Assembly (NCBI GenBank): GCA_964016885.1
Contig: OZ024761.1
Coordinates: 30,876,001-30,940,000, forward strand
Direction: 5' to 3'
Source of the DNA: Eledone cirrhosa
Lineage: Eukaryota
DNA: 64,000 nt
In this document: positions 37,328 through 61,479 of the stretch, one piece after another
Layout of the letters: every line of letters starts with the position of its first letter
Numbering within the stretch: the stretch's first letter is position 1
Program-made: the position numbers and the translations under genes
The notes under the pieces: generated by a model
What the model was told of the DNA's origin: nothing
The model's database searches: none
The model's input: only the letters and a program-made list of their open reading frames with translations

Positions 37328-39449
37328 CTGGAAGAAAAAGAGAACAAAAATTAAATTAGTTCAACAAATGTAGATAAATTACCTCCAAAAAGACATAAAA
37401 ATTCTTCCCTGTGTCCAATGCACCTGTATCAATCATGGGTTAAAAAAATTAGTTAGTATTACTGTTAGTACTAGTTGTAGCCTGTTTTTTTTTCTTAGAA
37501 CATACAGAAACACAGGTGCAGGGGAGGGGGGGGGTCCACATGTTGATAGATTTGCACTTAAAATTCCCATGTTTTTCAATCACAACTCTTAGTGTGCTGA
37601 TAACTATCTACCTATCTATTTTTCACACATACACACACTGTATTTCTCTTTCAATGACAACAACTGCCTGTCATTACATATCAAAGTCTTTTTTTGAAGT
37701 CTGTCTTGTAGTTAGTTGTCTATATATGTTGAAGGACATACAAAAACACACATGCTGATGATATATGATAGACAATGATAATGATGATAGTAGTGGTGAT
37801 GGCGATGATGATGGATTTTTAAACACTTTTTTTTTTTTAAATAAACAACTTTGTATGGTAGAACCAGAAATAGTTTCAGGTGGTTTTTTAAATCAAAGGG
37901 GCTAACAAAGATATAATAAAAGGGGGTGGTGAGAGAGGGGGTGGGAGTGGAAGACGACACCGCAACAACAATCCAATAAAATTTAGTAAATTTAGTGTAA
38001 AGCATAGCAACACCCCCATAAAAACAAAAATAACATAATAGCGTTTAATAAAAACAATAACAAATAAATCTATTAACTTCATTATTCACATACAACACTT
38101 CATACCATACTTGTGCAACAATATTTCCATTCTCCACAAACAAAGACCTACATATCTAGCATGACAATACCTAGCTATATTGCTTTTACAATAAAAAAAA
38201 AAGGCATGAAAGCCATATTAAGAATATATACAGTAAGCCTGATTGGTTGAAAGATTTTTTTTTTTTTTTTTAATTTACAAATAATGAATCAGGAAGCTTT
38301 TAAATTCAAATTGCTTGAAACTACTCCTAGTCCTACAATATAAAGCCAGATTAAAACTTTTTAATATCATAATTCAATGTAGAAAAAGAAATGTTACTTC
38401 ATTTCAAACACAAGATTAGAGTGTTCATATTTAACCCTATAGTATTTAAACTGGTTGTATCTCACCTCTTTCTATTCAAACCGGCCGTAACTGACCATCT
38501 TATTGGTGTTAAATAACATCAAAATCTCATAGATTCAGTATTATGTGAGATAAAGCTTTTACCATGAAAATACAGTAGTATATAATAGAGTAATGTGAAT
38601 GCTAAAGGGTTAAATTTAAACCTTCCGCAATAATTTTATGGAAAAAAACAATTTTAAGTAGTTTCAAACACCAGCTTAACTCTTTTAGTACCATACTTCC
38701 CGAAAACGTTCCTGTTTCTCTAATAAAATTTTAAGATGTTTATATTCATTTTTAAAATGCCCATCATAGTGTATGTTTGAATCTTTGTTAAGCTTGCTTC
38801 AAACACCAACTTAATAATGAGAAAGTTATATCATTAAATCATTCTAAAAATTCCAGATTATTTTAAAATCTATTTTTAAAATCATTGGCAGTGTCTTTTA
38901 TTAAAAATATGGTAATGAAAGGCTTAGATTTAAAACCTTCCACCATCATTTTGCATAAAAATAAAAACATTTTGTTGTTTCAAAAACCAGCTTAAAAGTG
39001 AAAATGTTAGCCAGTGAACTAGATCCTTCCAAAATTAATTGGATATCATAAGCAGTGTCTTTCTTTAGAAATATAGTAATTTTATGAGTTCTAACTGGAA
39101 CCCCAGATTCTTTATTAAAAGCTCAACAACAATAAACTAGACAAAATAATTTTCTGCACATAGTATTAAATTACATTCACACCACACTCTCCATTCCGTC
39201 TGTCGGGGGCCACTGGACCATGGGACCATGAGGTAGACTAACCATTTAAACCTCTTTCTGTTCAAACCGGCTGTAACTGGCCGTTCATACTTATGTTAAC
39301 GTATTGTTCTCAAAATAAATATAAAAATCTCATACATTCGATATTATGTGAGATAGTTATATGAGGTAAAGCCAGTACCATGAAAATACAGTAGTAAATA
39401 TAGAGTAATGTAAATGCTAAAGGGTTAAACAGTAAGTATTAAATACAGA

Positions 39450-39505
39450 TCTCTCTCTCTCTTTCCTCATTTCTCTCTCTCTCTCTCTCTCTCTCTTTCC
39501 TCATT

Positions 39506-39537
<32 letters not shown>

Positions 39538-40185
39538 CCCCTCTCTCTCTTTTTCTCCTATCTCACATACATGCAGAGTTAATAATTCTCAAGGACCAAC
39601 TTATGACATAAAATCAGGAAGACTCAGAACTACTGGCCAGTTTTTAATCAGTGTTATGAATATCTTTCTTTAAATGCTAGCAGGGAAGTAGGTCACCACT
39701 GAGGCATTTTATGTAACATGTGAAAGGCAGGATATGTCTCTAAATTCTGGCATGTAGTAGAGTTAAAGAGAGCTGGGTGTGGAGGTGGTAGACAATCTTA
39801 CTGTCTACATTTAGCTGTGAAAGAGAAAGGGCAGAGGTGGAGATGGGTAGAAAAGGAGAGGTATGGTTAGAGAGAAAGGGAGAGGTAAAGAGAGTGAGAA
39901 AAAGGGAGAGGTAGGGATAGAGATAGAAAGAAAGAAAGAGGTAGGGATAGAGAGAGAAAGAAAGAGGTAGGGATAGAGAGAGAAAAAAAGAAAGAGGTAG
40001 CGATAGAGAGAGAAAGAATGAAAGAGGTAGGGATAGAGAGAGAAAGAAAGAAAGAAAGAAAGAGGTAGGGATAGAGAGAGAAAAAAAGAAAGAGGTAGCG
40101 ATAGAGAGAGAAAGAATGAAAGAGGTAGGGATAGAGATAAAGGGAGAGGTAGAGATGGAGAGAAAGAAAGAGGGAGGGAGAGGTA
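39450..40185. repeat. (CT)n tract and GA-rich minisatellite
   Basis: Seen directly. Confidence 0.8.
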
Positions 40186-40295
40186 GTCTCCTGGTATTTA
40201 CAGTCAATGATGTGAATTAAATTTGCATCACAAATTCTTGTTTTTTCAGAACATTACCATAACTTCATGGTTTTTACATGTTTCATGGGTTAGTA

Positions 40296-40343
<48 letters not shown>

Positions 40344-40432
40344 CATCATCATCATCTATACATACATATATATATATGCCAGGTGGTGCTATTAAGGTTA
40401 GACATGGGCCAATACTGGCCGAAACCTATCAG

Positions 40433-48556
<8,124 letters not shown>

Positions 48557-48770
48557 GTTAAAAATGTACATCCACATATGTATACTGAAATACTAGTATG
48601 CATATGAATACACACACGTGTACATATGTAGATGTACCGAGTTTTCACTGGTCACTTTACTGTGAGTGTCCAGCTATTCTGTATGTAGACACACAGACAA
48701 ACCGGTTCTTAGAGTCATACTGGTTTTTGAGGAAACACCTTTCCTCTATTCTCCAGAAAGCCAGACAAGG

Positions 48771-48815
48771 AATATTGGACTAGTTTCGATGTTGTTACAT
48801 CTCATCAGCAATATT
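48771..48815 (-). ncRNA. Type I hammerhead ribozyme
   Basis: Reverse complement of aatattg-CTGATGA-gatgt(aaca)acatc-GAAAC-ta-GTC-caatatt. Confidence 0.9.
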
Positions 48816-49235
48816 TACCTATCTTCCGGCTTCTCTAGAGAATCGTGAAAGCACCTATCGTTATATGCTTTTTCTATGAAAATTAGTAGTGGGCAGACCA
48901 ATTTGCATAGAGCGTGAGTACGTACCGGTTCAACGGAGACGATAAAAACAAATAACGAAACGAAATTAAATTTCGTTTCGTTTGTAACTCACTTTTGTAT
49001 GACTGACGCTTAAACAATTAAGTTAAAAATGTACATCCACATATGTATACTGAAATACTAGTATGCATATGAATACACACACGTGTACATATGTAGATGT
49101 ACCGAGTTTTCACTGGTCACTTTACTGTGAGTGTCCAGCTATTCTGTATGTAGACACACAGACAAACCGGTTCTTAGAGTCATACTGGTTTTTGAGGAAA
49201 CACCTTTCCTCTATTCTCCAGAAAGCCAGACAAGG

Positions 49236-49280
49236 AATATTGGACTAGTTTCGATGTTGTTACATCTCATCAGCAATATT
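49236..49280 (-). ncRNA. Type I hammerhead ribozyme
   Basis: Same motif, +465. Confidence 0.9.
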
Positions 49281-49700
49281 TACCTATCTTCCGGCTTCTC
49301 TAGAGAATCGTGAAAGCACCTATCGTTATATGCTTTTTCTATGAAAATTAGTAGTGGGCAGACCAATTTGCATAGAGCGTGAGTACGTACCGGTTCAACG
49401 GAGACGATAAAAACAAATAACGAAACGAAATTAAATTTCGTTTCGTTTGTAACTCACTTTTGTATGACTGACGCTTAAACAATTAAGTTAAAAATGTACA
49501 TCCACATATGTATACTGAAATACTAGTATGCATATGAATACACACACGTGTACATATGTAGATGTACCGAGTTTTCACTGGTCACTTTACTGTGAGTGTC
49601 CAGCTATTCTGTATGTAGACACACAGACAAACCGGTTCTTAGAGTCATACTGGTTTTTGAGGAAACACCTTTCCTCTATTCTCCAGAAAGCCAGACAAGG

Positions 49701-49745
49701 AATATTGGACTAGTTTCGATGTTGTTACATCTCATCAGCAATATT
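49701..49745 (-). ncRNA. Type I hammerhead ribozyme
   Basis: Same motif, +930. Confidence 0.9.
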
Positions 49746-49903
49746 TACCTATCTTCCGGCTTCTCTAGAGAATCGTGAAAGCACCTATCGTTATATGCTT
49801 TTTCTATGAAAATTAGTAGTGGGCAGACCAATTTGCATTAGAGCGTGAGTACGTACCGGTTCAACGCATATAACGATTCTCTAGAGAAGCCGGAAGATAG
49901 GTA

Positions 49904-49948
49904 AATATTGCTGATGAGATGTAACAACATCGAAACTAGTCCAATATT
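49904..49948 (+). ncRNA. Type I hammerhead ribozyme
   Basis: Stem I aatattg/caatatt; CUGAUGA 49911-49917; stem II gatgt/acatc; GAAAC-ua-GUC with cleavage predicted after 49941. Confidence 0.92.
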
Positions 49949-50368
49949 CCTTGTCTGGCTTTCTGGAGAATAGAGGAAAGGTGTTTCCTCAAAAACCAGT
50001 ATGACTCTAAGAACCGGTTTGTCTGTGTGTCTACATACAGAATAGCTGGACACTCACAGTAAAGTGACCAGTGAAAACTCGGTACATCTACATATGTACA
50101 CGTGTGTGTATTCATATGCATACTAGTATTTCAGTATACATATGTGGATGTACATTTTTAACTTAATTGTTTAAGCGTCAGTCATACAAAAGTGAGTTAC
50201 AAACGAAACGAAATTTAATTTCGTTTCGTTATTTGTTTTTATCGTCTCCGTTGAACCGGTACGTACTCACGCTCTATGCAAATTGGTCTGCCCACTACTA
50301 ATTTTCATAGAAAAAGCATATAACGATAGGTGCTTTCACGATTCTCTAGAGAAGCCGGAAGATAGGTA

Positions 50369-50413
50369 AATATTGCTGATGAGATGTAACAACATCGAAA
50401 CTAGTCCAATATT
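50369..50413 (+). ncRNA. Type I hammerhead ribozyme
   Basis: Same motif, next monomer. Confidence 0.92.
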
Positions 50414-50833
50414 CCTTGTCTGGCTTTCTGGAGAATAGAGGAAAGGTGTTTCCTCAAAAACCAGTATGACTCTAAGAACCGGTTTGTCTGTGTGTCTACA
50501 TACAGAATAGCTGGACACTCACAGTAAAGTGACCAGTGAAAACTCGGTACATCTACATATGTACACGTGTGTGTATTCATATGCATACTAGTATTTCAGT
50601 ATACATATGTGGATGTACATTTTTAACTTAATTGTTTAAGCGTCAGTCATACAAAAGTGAGTTACAAACGAAACGAAATTTAATTTCGTTTCGTTATTTG
50701 TTTTTATCGTCTCCGTTGAACCGGTACGTACTCACGCTCTATGCAAATTGGTCTGCCCACTACTAATTTTCATAGAAAAAGCATATAACGATAGGTGCTT
50801 TCACGATTCTCTAGAGAAGCCGGAAGATAGGTA

Positions 50834-50878
50834 AATATTGCTGATGAGATGTAACAACATCGAAACTAGTCCAATATT
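50834..50878 (+). ncRNA. Type I hammerhead ribozyme
   Basis: Same motif. Confidence 0.92.
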
Positions 50879-51298
50879 CCTTGTCTGGCTTTCTGGAGAA
50901 TAGAGGAAAGGTGTTTCCTCAAAAACCAGTATGACTCTAAGAACCGGTTTGTCTGTGTGTCTACATACAGAATAGCTGGACACTCACAGTAAAGTGACCA
51001 GTGAAAACTCGGTACATCTACATATGTACACGTGTGTGTATTCATATGCATACTAGTATTTCAGTATACATATGTGGATGTACATTTTTAACTTAATTGT
51101 TTAAGCGTCAGTCATACAAAAGTGAGTTACAAACGAAACGAAATTTAATTTCGTTTCGTTATTTGTTTTTATCGTCTCCGTTGAACCGGTACGTACTCAC
51201 GCTCTATGCAAATTGGTCTGCCCACTACTAATTTTCATAGAAAAAGCATATAACGATAGGTGCTTTCACGATTCTCTAGAGAAGCCGGAAGATAGGTA

Positions 51299-51343
51299 AA
51301 TATTGCTGATGAGATGTAACAACATCGAAACTAGTCCAATATT
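51299..51343 (+). ncRNA. Type I hammerhead ribozyme
   Basis: Same motif. Confidence 0.92.
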
Positions 51344-51763
51344 CCTTGTCTGGCTTTCTGGAGAATAGAGGAAAGGTGTTTCCTCAAAAACCAGTATGAC
51401 TCTAAGAACCGGTTTGTCTGTGTGTCTACATACAGAATAGCTGGACACTCACAGTAAAGTGACCAGTGAAAACTCGGTACATCTACATATGTACACGTGT
51501 GTGTATTCATATGCATACTAGTATTTCAGTATACATATGTGGATGTACATTTTTAACTTAATTGTTTAAGCGTCAGTCATACAAAAGTGAGTTACAAACG
51601 AAACGAAATTTAATTTCGTTTCGTTATTTGTTTTTATCGTCTCCGTTGAACCGGTACGTACTCACGCTCTATGCAAATTGGTCTGCCCACTACTAATTTT
51701 CATAGAAAAAGCATATAACGATAGGTGCTTTCACGATTCTCTAGAGAAGCCGGAAGATAGGTA

Positions 51764-51808
51764 AATATTGCTGATGAGATGTAACAACATCGAAACTAGT
51801 CCAATATT
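51764..51808 (+). ncRNA. Type I hammerhead ribozyme
   Basis: Same motif. Confidence 0.92.
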
Positions 51809-52228
51809 CCTTGTCTGGCTTTCTGGAGAATAGAGGAAAGGTGTTTCCTCAAAAACCAGTATGACTCTAAGAACCGGTTTGTCTGTGTGTCTACATACAG
51901 AATAGCTGGACACTCACAGTAAAGTGACCAGTGAAAACTCGGTACATCTACATATGTACACGTGTGTGTATTCATATGCATACTAGTATTTCAGTATACA
52001 TATGTGGATGTACATTTTTAACTTAATTGTTTAAGCGTCAGTCATACAAAAGTGAGTTACAAACGAAACGAAATTTAATTTCGTTTCGTTATTTGTTTTT
52101 ATCGTCTCCGTTGAACCGGTACGTACTCACGCTCTATGCAAATTGGTCTGCCCACTACTAATTTTCATAGAAAAAGCATATAACGATAGGTGCTTTCACG
52201 ATTCTCTAGAGAAGCCGGAAGATAGGTA

Positions 52229-52273
52229 AATATTGCTGATGAGATGTAACAACATCGAAACTAGTCCAATATT
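52229..52273 (+). ncRNA. Type I hammerhead ribozyme
   Basis: Same motif. Confidence 0.92.
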
Positions 52274-52693
52274 CCTTGTCTGGCTTTCTGGAGAATAGAG
52301 GAAAGGTGTTTCCTCAAAAACCAGTATGACTCTAAGAACCGGTTTGTCTGTGTGTCTACATACAGAATAGCTGGACACTCACAGTAAAGTGACCAGTGAA
52401 AACTCGGTACATCTACATATGTACACGTGTGTGTATTCATATGCATACTAGTATTTCAGTATACATATGTGGATGTACATTTTTAACTTAATTGTTTAAG
52501 CGTCAGTCATACAAAAGTGAGTTACAAACGAAACGAAATTTAATTTCGTTTCGTTATTTGTTTTTATCGTCTCCGTTGAACCGGTACGTACTCACGCTCT
52601 ATGCAAATTGGTCTGCCCACTACTAATTTTCATAGAAAAAGCATATAACGATAGGTGCTTTCACGATTCTCTAGAGAAGCCGGAAGATAGGTA

Positions 52694-52738
52694 AATATTG
52701 CTGATGAGATGTAACAACATCGAAACTAGTCCAATATT
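52694..52738 (+). ncRNA. Type I hammerhead ribozyme
   Basis: Same motif. Confidence 0.92.
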
Positions 52739-53158
52739 CCTTGTCTGGCTTTCTGGAGAATAGAGGAAAGGTGTTTCCTCAAAAACCAGTATGACTCTAA
52801 GAACCGGTTTGTCTGTGTGTCTACATACAGAATAGCTGGACACTCACAGTAAAGTGACCAGTGAAAACTCGGTACATCTACATATGTACACGTGTGTGTA
52901 TTCATATGCATACTAGTATTTCAGTATACATATGTGGATGTACATTTTTAACTTAATTGTTTAAGCGTCAGTCATACAAAAGTGAGTTACAAACGAAACG
53001 AAATTTAATTTCGTTTCGTTATTTGTTTTTATCGTCTCCGTTGAACCGGTACGTACTCACGCTCTATGCAAATTGGTCTGCCCACTACTAATTTTCATAG
53101 AAAAAGCATATAACGATAGGTGCTTTCACGATTCTCTAGAGAAGCCGGAAGATAGGTA

Positions 53159-53203
53159 AATATTGCTGATGAGATGTAACAACATCGAAACTAGTCCAAT
53201 ATT
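53159..53203 (+). ncRNA. Type I hammerhead ribozyme
   Basis: Same motif. Confidence 0.92.
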
Positions 53204-53623
53204 CCTTGTCTGGCTTTCTGGAGAATAGAGGAAAGGTGTTTCCTCAAAAACCAGTATGACTCTAAGAACCGGTTTGTCTGTGTGTCTACATACAGAATAG
53301 CTGGACACTCACAGTAAAGTGACCAGTGAAAACTCGGTACATCTACATATGTACACGTGTGTGTATTCATATGCATACTAGTATTTCAGTATACATATGT
53401 GGATGTACATTTTTAACTTAATTGTTTAAGCGTCAGTCATACAAAAGTGAGTTACAAACGAAACGAAATTTAATTTCGTTTCGTTATTTGTTTTTATCGT
53501 CTCCGTTGAACCGGTACGTACTCACGCTCTATGCAAATTGGTCTGCCCACTACTAATTTTCATAGAAAAAGCATATAACGATAGGTGCTTTCACGATTCT
53601 CTAGAGAAGCCGGAAGATAGGTA

Positions 53624-53668
53624 AATATTGCTGATGAGATGTAACAACATCGAAACTAGTCCAATATT
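53624..53668 (+). ncRNA. Type I hammerhead ribozyme
   Basis: Same motif. Confidence 0.92.
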
Positions 53669-54088
53669 CCTTGTCTGGCTTTCTGGAGAATAGAGGAAAG
53701 GTGTTTCCTCAAAAACCAGTATGACTCTAAGAACCGGTTTGTCTGTGTGTCTACATACAGAATAGCTGGACACTCACAGTAAAGTGACCAGTGAAAACTC
53801 GGTACATCTACATATGTACACGTGTGTGTATTCATATGCATACTAGTATTTCAGTATACATATGTGGATGTACATTTTTAACTTAATTGTTTAAGCGTCA
53901 GTCATACAAAAGTGAGTTACAAACGAAACGAAATTTAATTTCGTTTCGTTATTTGTTTTTATCGTCTCCGTTGAACCGGTACGTACTCACGCTCTATGCA
54001 AATTGGTCTGCCCACTACTAATTTTCATAGAAAAAGCATATAACGATAGGTGCTTTCACGATTCTCTAGAGAAGCCGGAAGATAGGTA

Positions 54089-54133
54089 AATATTGCTGAT
54101 GAGATGTAACAACATCGAAACTAGTCCAATATT
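54089..54133 (+). ncRNA. Type I hammerhead ribozyme
   Basis: Same motif, last copy. Confidence 0.92.
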
Positions 54134-54420
54134 CCTTGTCTGGCTTTCTGGAGAATAGAGGAAAGGTGTTTCCTCAAAAACCAGTATGACTCTAAGAACC
54201 GGTTTGTCTGTGTGTCTACATACAGAATAGCTGGACACTCACAGTAAAGTGACCAGTGAAAACTCGGTACATCTACATATGTACACGTGTGTGTATTCAT
54301 ATGCATACTAGTATTTCAGTATACATATGTGGATGTACATTTTTAACTTAATTGTTTAAGCGTCAGTCATACAAAAGTGAGTTACAAACGAAACGAAATT
54401 TAATTTCGTTTCGTTATTTG

Positions 54421-56207
<1,787 letters not shown>

Positions 56208-56816
56208 GGTGGCTGCCAACTCGTTTTCGAGTACGGCCACTACTTTATATCCATGTAGGAGAACACCTACTGATGCGCTGAACGAGTGTGACTTTTTAGA
56301 CCAGCCAGCGACTTGAAAACTCTGGTACAAACACCACACTTGTGACAATTATTGACACATAGTGCTAGGCCCATGGTACCATGTAACGACAAGTGCAGAG
56401 AGATCTCCAGATATAAAGCAATGCCTGTGCCGTGAAGCTTTTATAGTGAGCAAAGGCACTGCACAAAGCCAGTCCCACTCTCTTAACCAAGATGATATTT
56501 ACCAAAAAGAAGAACAAGTCAACATCATTGGATACCATCAGGGTTGCAGGTGTTATATCAGAGTTTTCCTTCTCCTAGAATTCTGCCTTGACAAAGGCTA
56601 AGGGGTCATCTTTCCCGGTGATTTTGGATGGCCATTGACTCTTAAGAGCTCCTTTGCCCTTTGACAGGTTTTGTTTTTAGTCCTGCAGGATGTCCAAAGT
56701 CACCCTCCTCACCAAGAAACCTTGGTGGGGTTGCCAGTTTAGTCGCCAACGACCCGACCATGAGACAGGTTGTACTGGGATACATGTTACCAGTAGCACC
56801 AGCTAGTGACCTGACA
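56208..56816 (-). mobile_element. Probable LINE (RTE-like) 5'UTR fragment embedded in TA arrays
   Basis: Unique island with ctaggagaaggaaaactctg on -, a motif I recall from RTE 5' regions (unverified). Confidence 0.35.
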
Positions 56817-57803
<987 letters not shown>

Positions 57804-58058
57804 TAACTTTGAATAACTTTGAAATGTTTTGGCCAGTATTGGCCCAGGCCATGTCTAACTTAATAGCACCACCTGGCGAAGTCTTTCAATTCAGGATTTG
57901 GGCACCATGGCCCATTCGAGAAGAGAATTACTGTTTGCGGAGACATATCCGGGTGTGGGTGGTTTGTCCGGGATTACTTGGAGGAATTTGTCCAAAGACT
58001 TCTTGAATTTTGTGTGGTCAGTTTCTGTTTTGACGTGTCCTGGTGTGATGTTGAAGAG

Positions 58059-58060
<2 letters not shown>
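57804..58060 (-). mobile_element. CR1/L2-like LINE 3' end (short copy of the same tail at 40378-40435, +)
   Basis: [20 protein letters not shown]...NSL; ttcaaagtta tail repeats. Confidence 0.7.
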
Positions 58061-58105
<45 letters not shown>

Positions 58106-58310
58106 CATATACATACATACATACATATATATATATATATAGAGAGAGAGAGATACATATATATATATATACATTACATACATATACATGCATACATACA
58201 CAGACATACACACATAAGTATGTAATAATGATAAATAGGTGTCAAAGTATCATCATTAAGTTTATTCAGGTGTGCCCTATGTTTCGTGATTGATCAGTTC
58301 CTATATATGC

Positions 58311-58381
<71 letters not shown>

Positions 58382-59239
58382 TATGCTTGGGTGTGTGTGT
58401 GTGTGTGTATAGGTTAAAAAAATATTTGATAAAAACATAGAAGCATAAGTATGAAAATAGGTGTGTCATTGTCTTTCTAATTAGAATTACAGAAATTTAG
58501 TTAAACAGTTTTGCTACATAATGATCACGTAAATGACTGAAGAAAACTGAATTATCATATACTTAGCTATCAAAGGTATTTTAACAACTTAGATATCTTC
58601 CATGTGATGAAAAAATAAAAATAAACAATTTCTCATATCCTTATCTGAAAATGTTCCAAAGATAAGCTCCTAAGCAACAGAAAACTTAGAAAACAATTTA
58701 TCAAAATGACCATTGAACCTCTTTCAAGTCATCTTAGTCAAAATGGAAACCTGAATGACTATTAAAGTAGAATTTAAAATAAAGTTATACATTCAGTCAA
58801 AATGGAAACCTGAATGACTGTTAAAGTAGAATTCAAAATAACAATCTATTAATACATAAATGTAATCTGAGTTTTTCGAATATCAATAATTATTTCTACT
58901 TTTGGCACAAGGCCAGCAATTACCCAGTGTATTACTGGTACTTTATTTTATCGACCCCATAAGGATGAAAGGCAAAGTTAACCTCGGCGGGATTTGAACT
59001 CAGATCAATAATAATAATTGATTCGTTTGCAATTATGCAAACAGCCTCTTTAAAGCCATGTCAGTAGAATGACCCCGTCATTCTCGCTCTTGCGTTGGCA
59101 TGTAAACAGAACTGCAGACACTAGAGTTACGGCCCTTTATGATCTGTTGTCATTCTTATTCACAATGATTCTAAGGCAAAGTTTTCAGAATAAGCATATG
59201 ACCATAACATTTCCTAAATCTGAGAATAGTATTCCTTAA

Positions 59240-59432
59240 CCCTTTAGCATTTAAACCGGCCATATCTGGCCAAAATTCTATCACCTCTTTCTGTTCAAAC
59301 TGGCTGTAATCGGCCACTCATATCAATGTTAATGTATTGTTCTCAAAATAAATAACATCAAAATCTCGTAGATTCGATATTATGTGAGTGAAAATACAAT
59401 AGTACATATAGAGTAATGTAAATGCTAAAGGG
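59240..59432. mobile_element. piggyBac-type MITE; other copies at 61233-61451, 8386-8602, about 17849-18005 and 38435-38609, plus partials
   Basis: TTAA|CCCTTTAGCATTTA ... TAAATGCTAAAGGG|TTAA. Confidence 0.8.
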
Positions 59433-61479
59433 TTAATCACATAACCTGTGTCTAGTTAGATAAAAGCACAAAACAAACTGGCAAACTGTCCAATCCGGCC
59501 AAACGTGAACAACAAACCTTTTCACTTCTCCATTGTGTCTTTTAATTATATGTTACTAATAGATAAAAATTATTCAAGAGAACATTTACTTGTCTGGTGT
59601 CCACACATAGAAAGACATTTGTCTTTGTCTAACCCATGCTAGCATGGAAAATGGACATTAAATGATGATGATGATGATATAATACATATTTAACTCTTTT
59701 ATCATCTTTCTAAGGAGAGATAATGCCCGTGAATTTTAAATCATTTTGAAAATAATCAAGAATTTGGAAGGATTTAGTAATATAACAGTCTTGCTCATTA
59801 TTAAGCTGGTGTTTGGAGCATAACTTATCATCATCATCAAGGGTTGGATGGGTCTACATAGACCAAATCAGTACTGAAGCGGGGCTACTGACCTCCCTCT
59901 TACGTATGGTCATATTGAGTGCAGAGGAGAAGTTGTCGTGTCTTTTGACACAAACTGAAAGGTCCTCCCAACCCCTTGTTTGGCAGACTTCCTACAACTG
60001 GATGCCCTTCCTAACACTAACCACTTTACAGAGTGTACTGAGTGCTTTTATTGTGTAGATCACCAACACTAGAGAGGCTGTCATGTACTTGACACAACTA
60101 AAGTGTCCTCCCAACCCTTTGTATGGCAAACCTTTTACAATGGTTCATCATCATCATCATCACCGTTTTACGTCCGTTCTTCCACGCTAACATGGGTTAG
60201 ACGGGTTGTCCTGTTGTGTGCAGTGTCTGGTCGGCTGACCATGCCTTGCTCATACAGGAACTGATCTGGCTTGATTTCTACAGCTGGATGCCCTTCCTAA
60301 CACCAACCTCATTTACAGTGAGTGCTGGGTGCTTTTTCGTGGCGCCTACACGTCCACTTTACAGTGTGGGCTGGGTGCTTTTTTGCCGTGGCACCTCCAC
60401 GACCACCTTGCGGTGGGGGGAGTGGGGGCATATTGTTTATATGCTTCAGCATGTACCCATGGGAGGTCGGGTACCCTGTATTACTGCGTGACGCCAGAAG
60501 TCACGCTTAAATAAAATTATGATGGAAGATTTTTAAATAGATATAAACACTTTAACACTTTCTTTCTAATATTTCAAGTGAAAGACACTGCCTATGATTT
60601 TCAAATTATTATGAAAAATAATCAAGAATTTTGAATGATTCATTAATATATTTAACTTTCTCATTATTAAGCTGGTATTTGGACCATAACTTAATGGTTC
60701 ATACATAAAATTATGATGGAAGGTTTTTAGATAGATATAAACATTTTAGAATAAACAGTTTTGTATCGATGGTGGGATGGGGTGAGAGTTACAGGCAGTA
60801 ACATTTATTTTATGGCGTAATTTTGATTTAAATAAAAAATGAATTACCAGTGGTTTGAATAAGAAACTGGAGCTTGAAGCTGGTTAAACAAAGGAAGAGC
60901 TTTTCTTAAATGCAAACATGTTTCTCAAGCTGCAAGATGTATGTGGTATATATATTAATCTGTGGCCTTTTCTACGTTTCAACTTTTGAACTATCTCTGT
61001 ATCTACTCACAGCTATTCATGGACTGTCATTATTGTAGATTTGGACTTTGTGTTTAAATCTTCTTCTGCCATGAGTCTCATAACTGTGAAATACTCAGTC
61101 ATCGATGCCATTATACAAGATGGAATGTTTTTCTAATTCAAAAGTCCAACCTTGTCACATATTGTTGTCATGCTGATTCGGTTTTAAAATTGTGTTATGG
61201 CTACACGTGTCTGTGGCATAAAATTATGTTAACCCTTTAGCATTTAAACCGGCTGAATCCAGCCAGAATTCTCTCACCTCCCCTGTTCAAACCAGCCATA
61301 ACTGGCTGTTCATCCAACACTAAGGTATTATTCTCAAAATAAATGATATCAAAATCTCATAGATTCTATATTATAAGAGATAATTATGTGAAATAAAGTA
61401 TTTACCGCGAAAATACATTAGTATATATAGAGTAATGTAAATGCTAAAGGGTTAAGGCTACATGTATCTGTGGCATACA

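Noticed and set aside
40405-40432. ggcca-atac-tggcc-GAAAC hairpin resembling a hammerhead 3' half
   Set aside because: No CUGANGA upstream; better explained as a LINE 3'UTR stem-loop
48598-54306. Repeated 60-61 aa ORFs in the 465-bp unit
   Set aside because: Short, no recognisable motif, antisense to the ribozyme strand; they recur only because the DNA repeats
56560-56816. Possible HDV-like ribozyme in the putative RTE 5'UTR
   Set aside because: I could not assemble the nested double pseudoknot by eye; needs an RNAMotif or Infernal search
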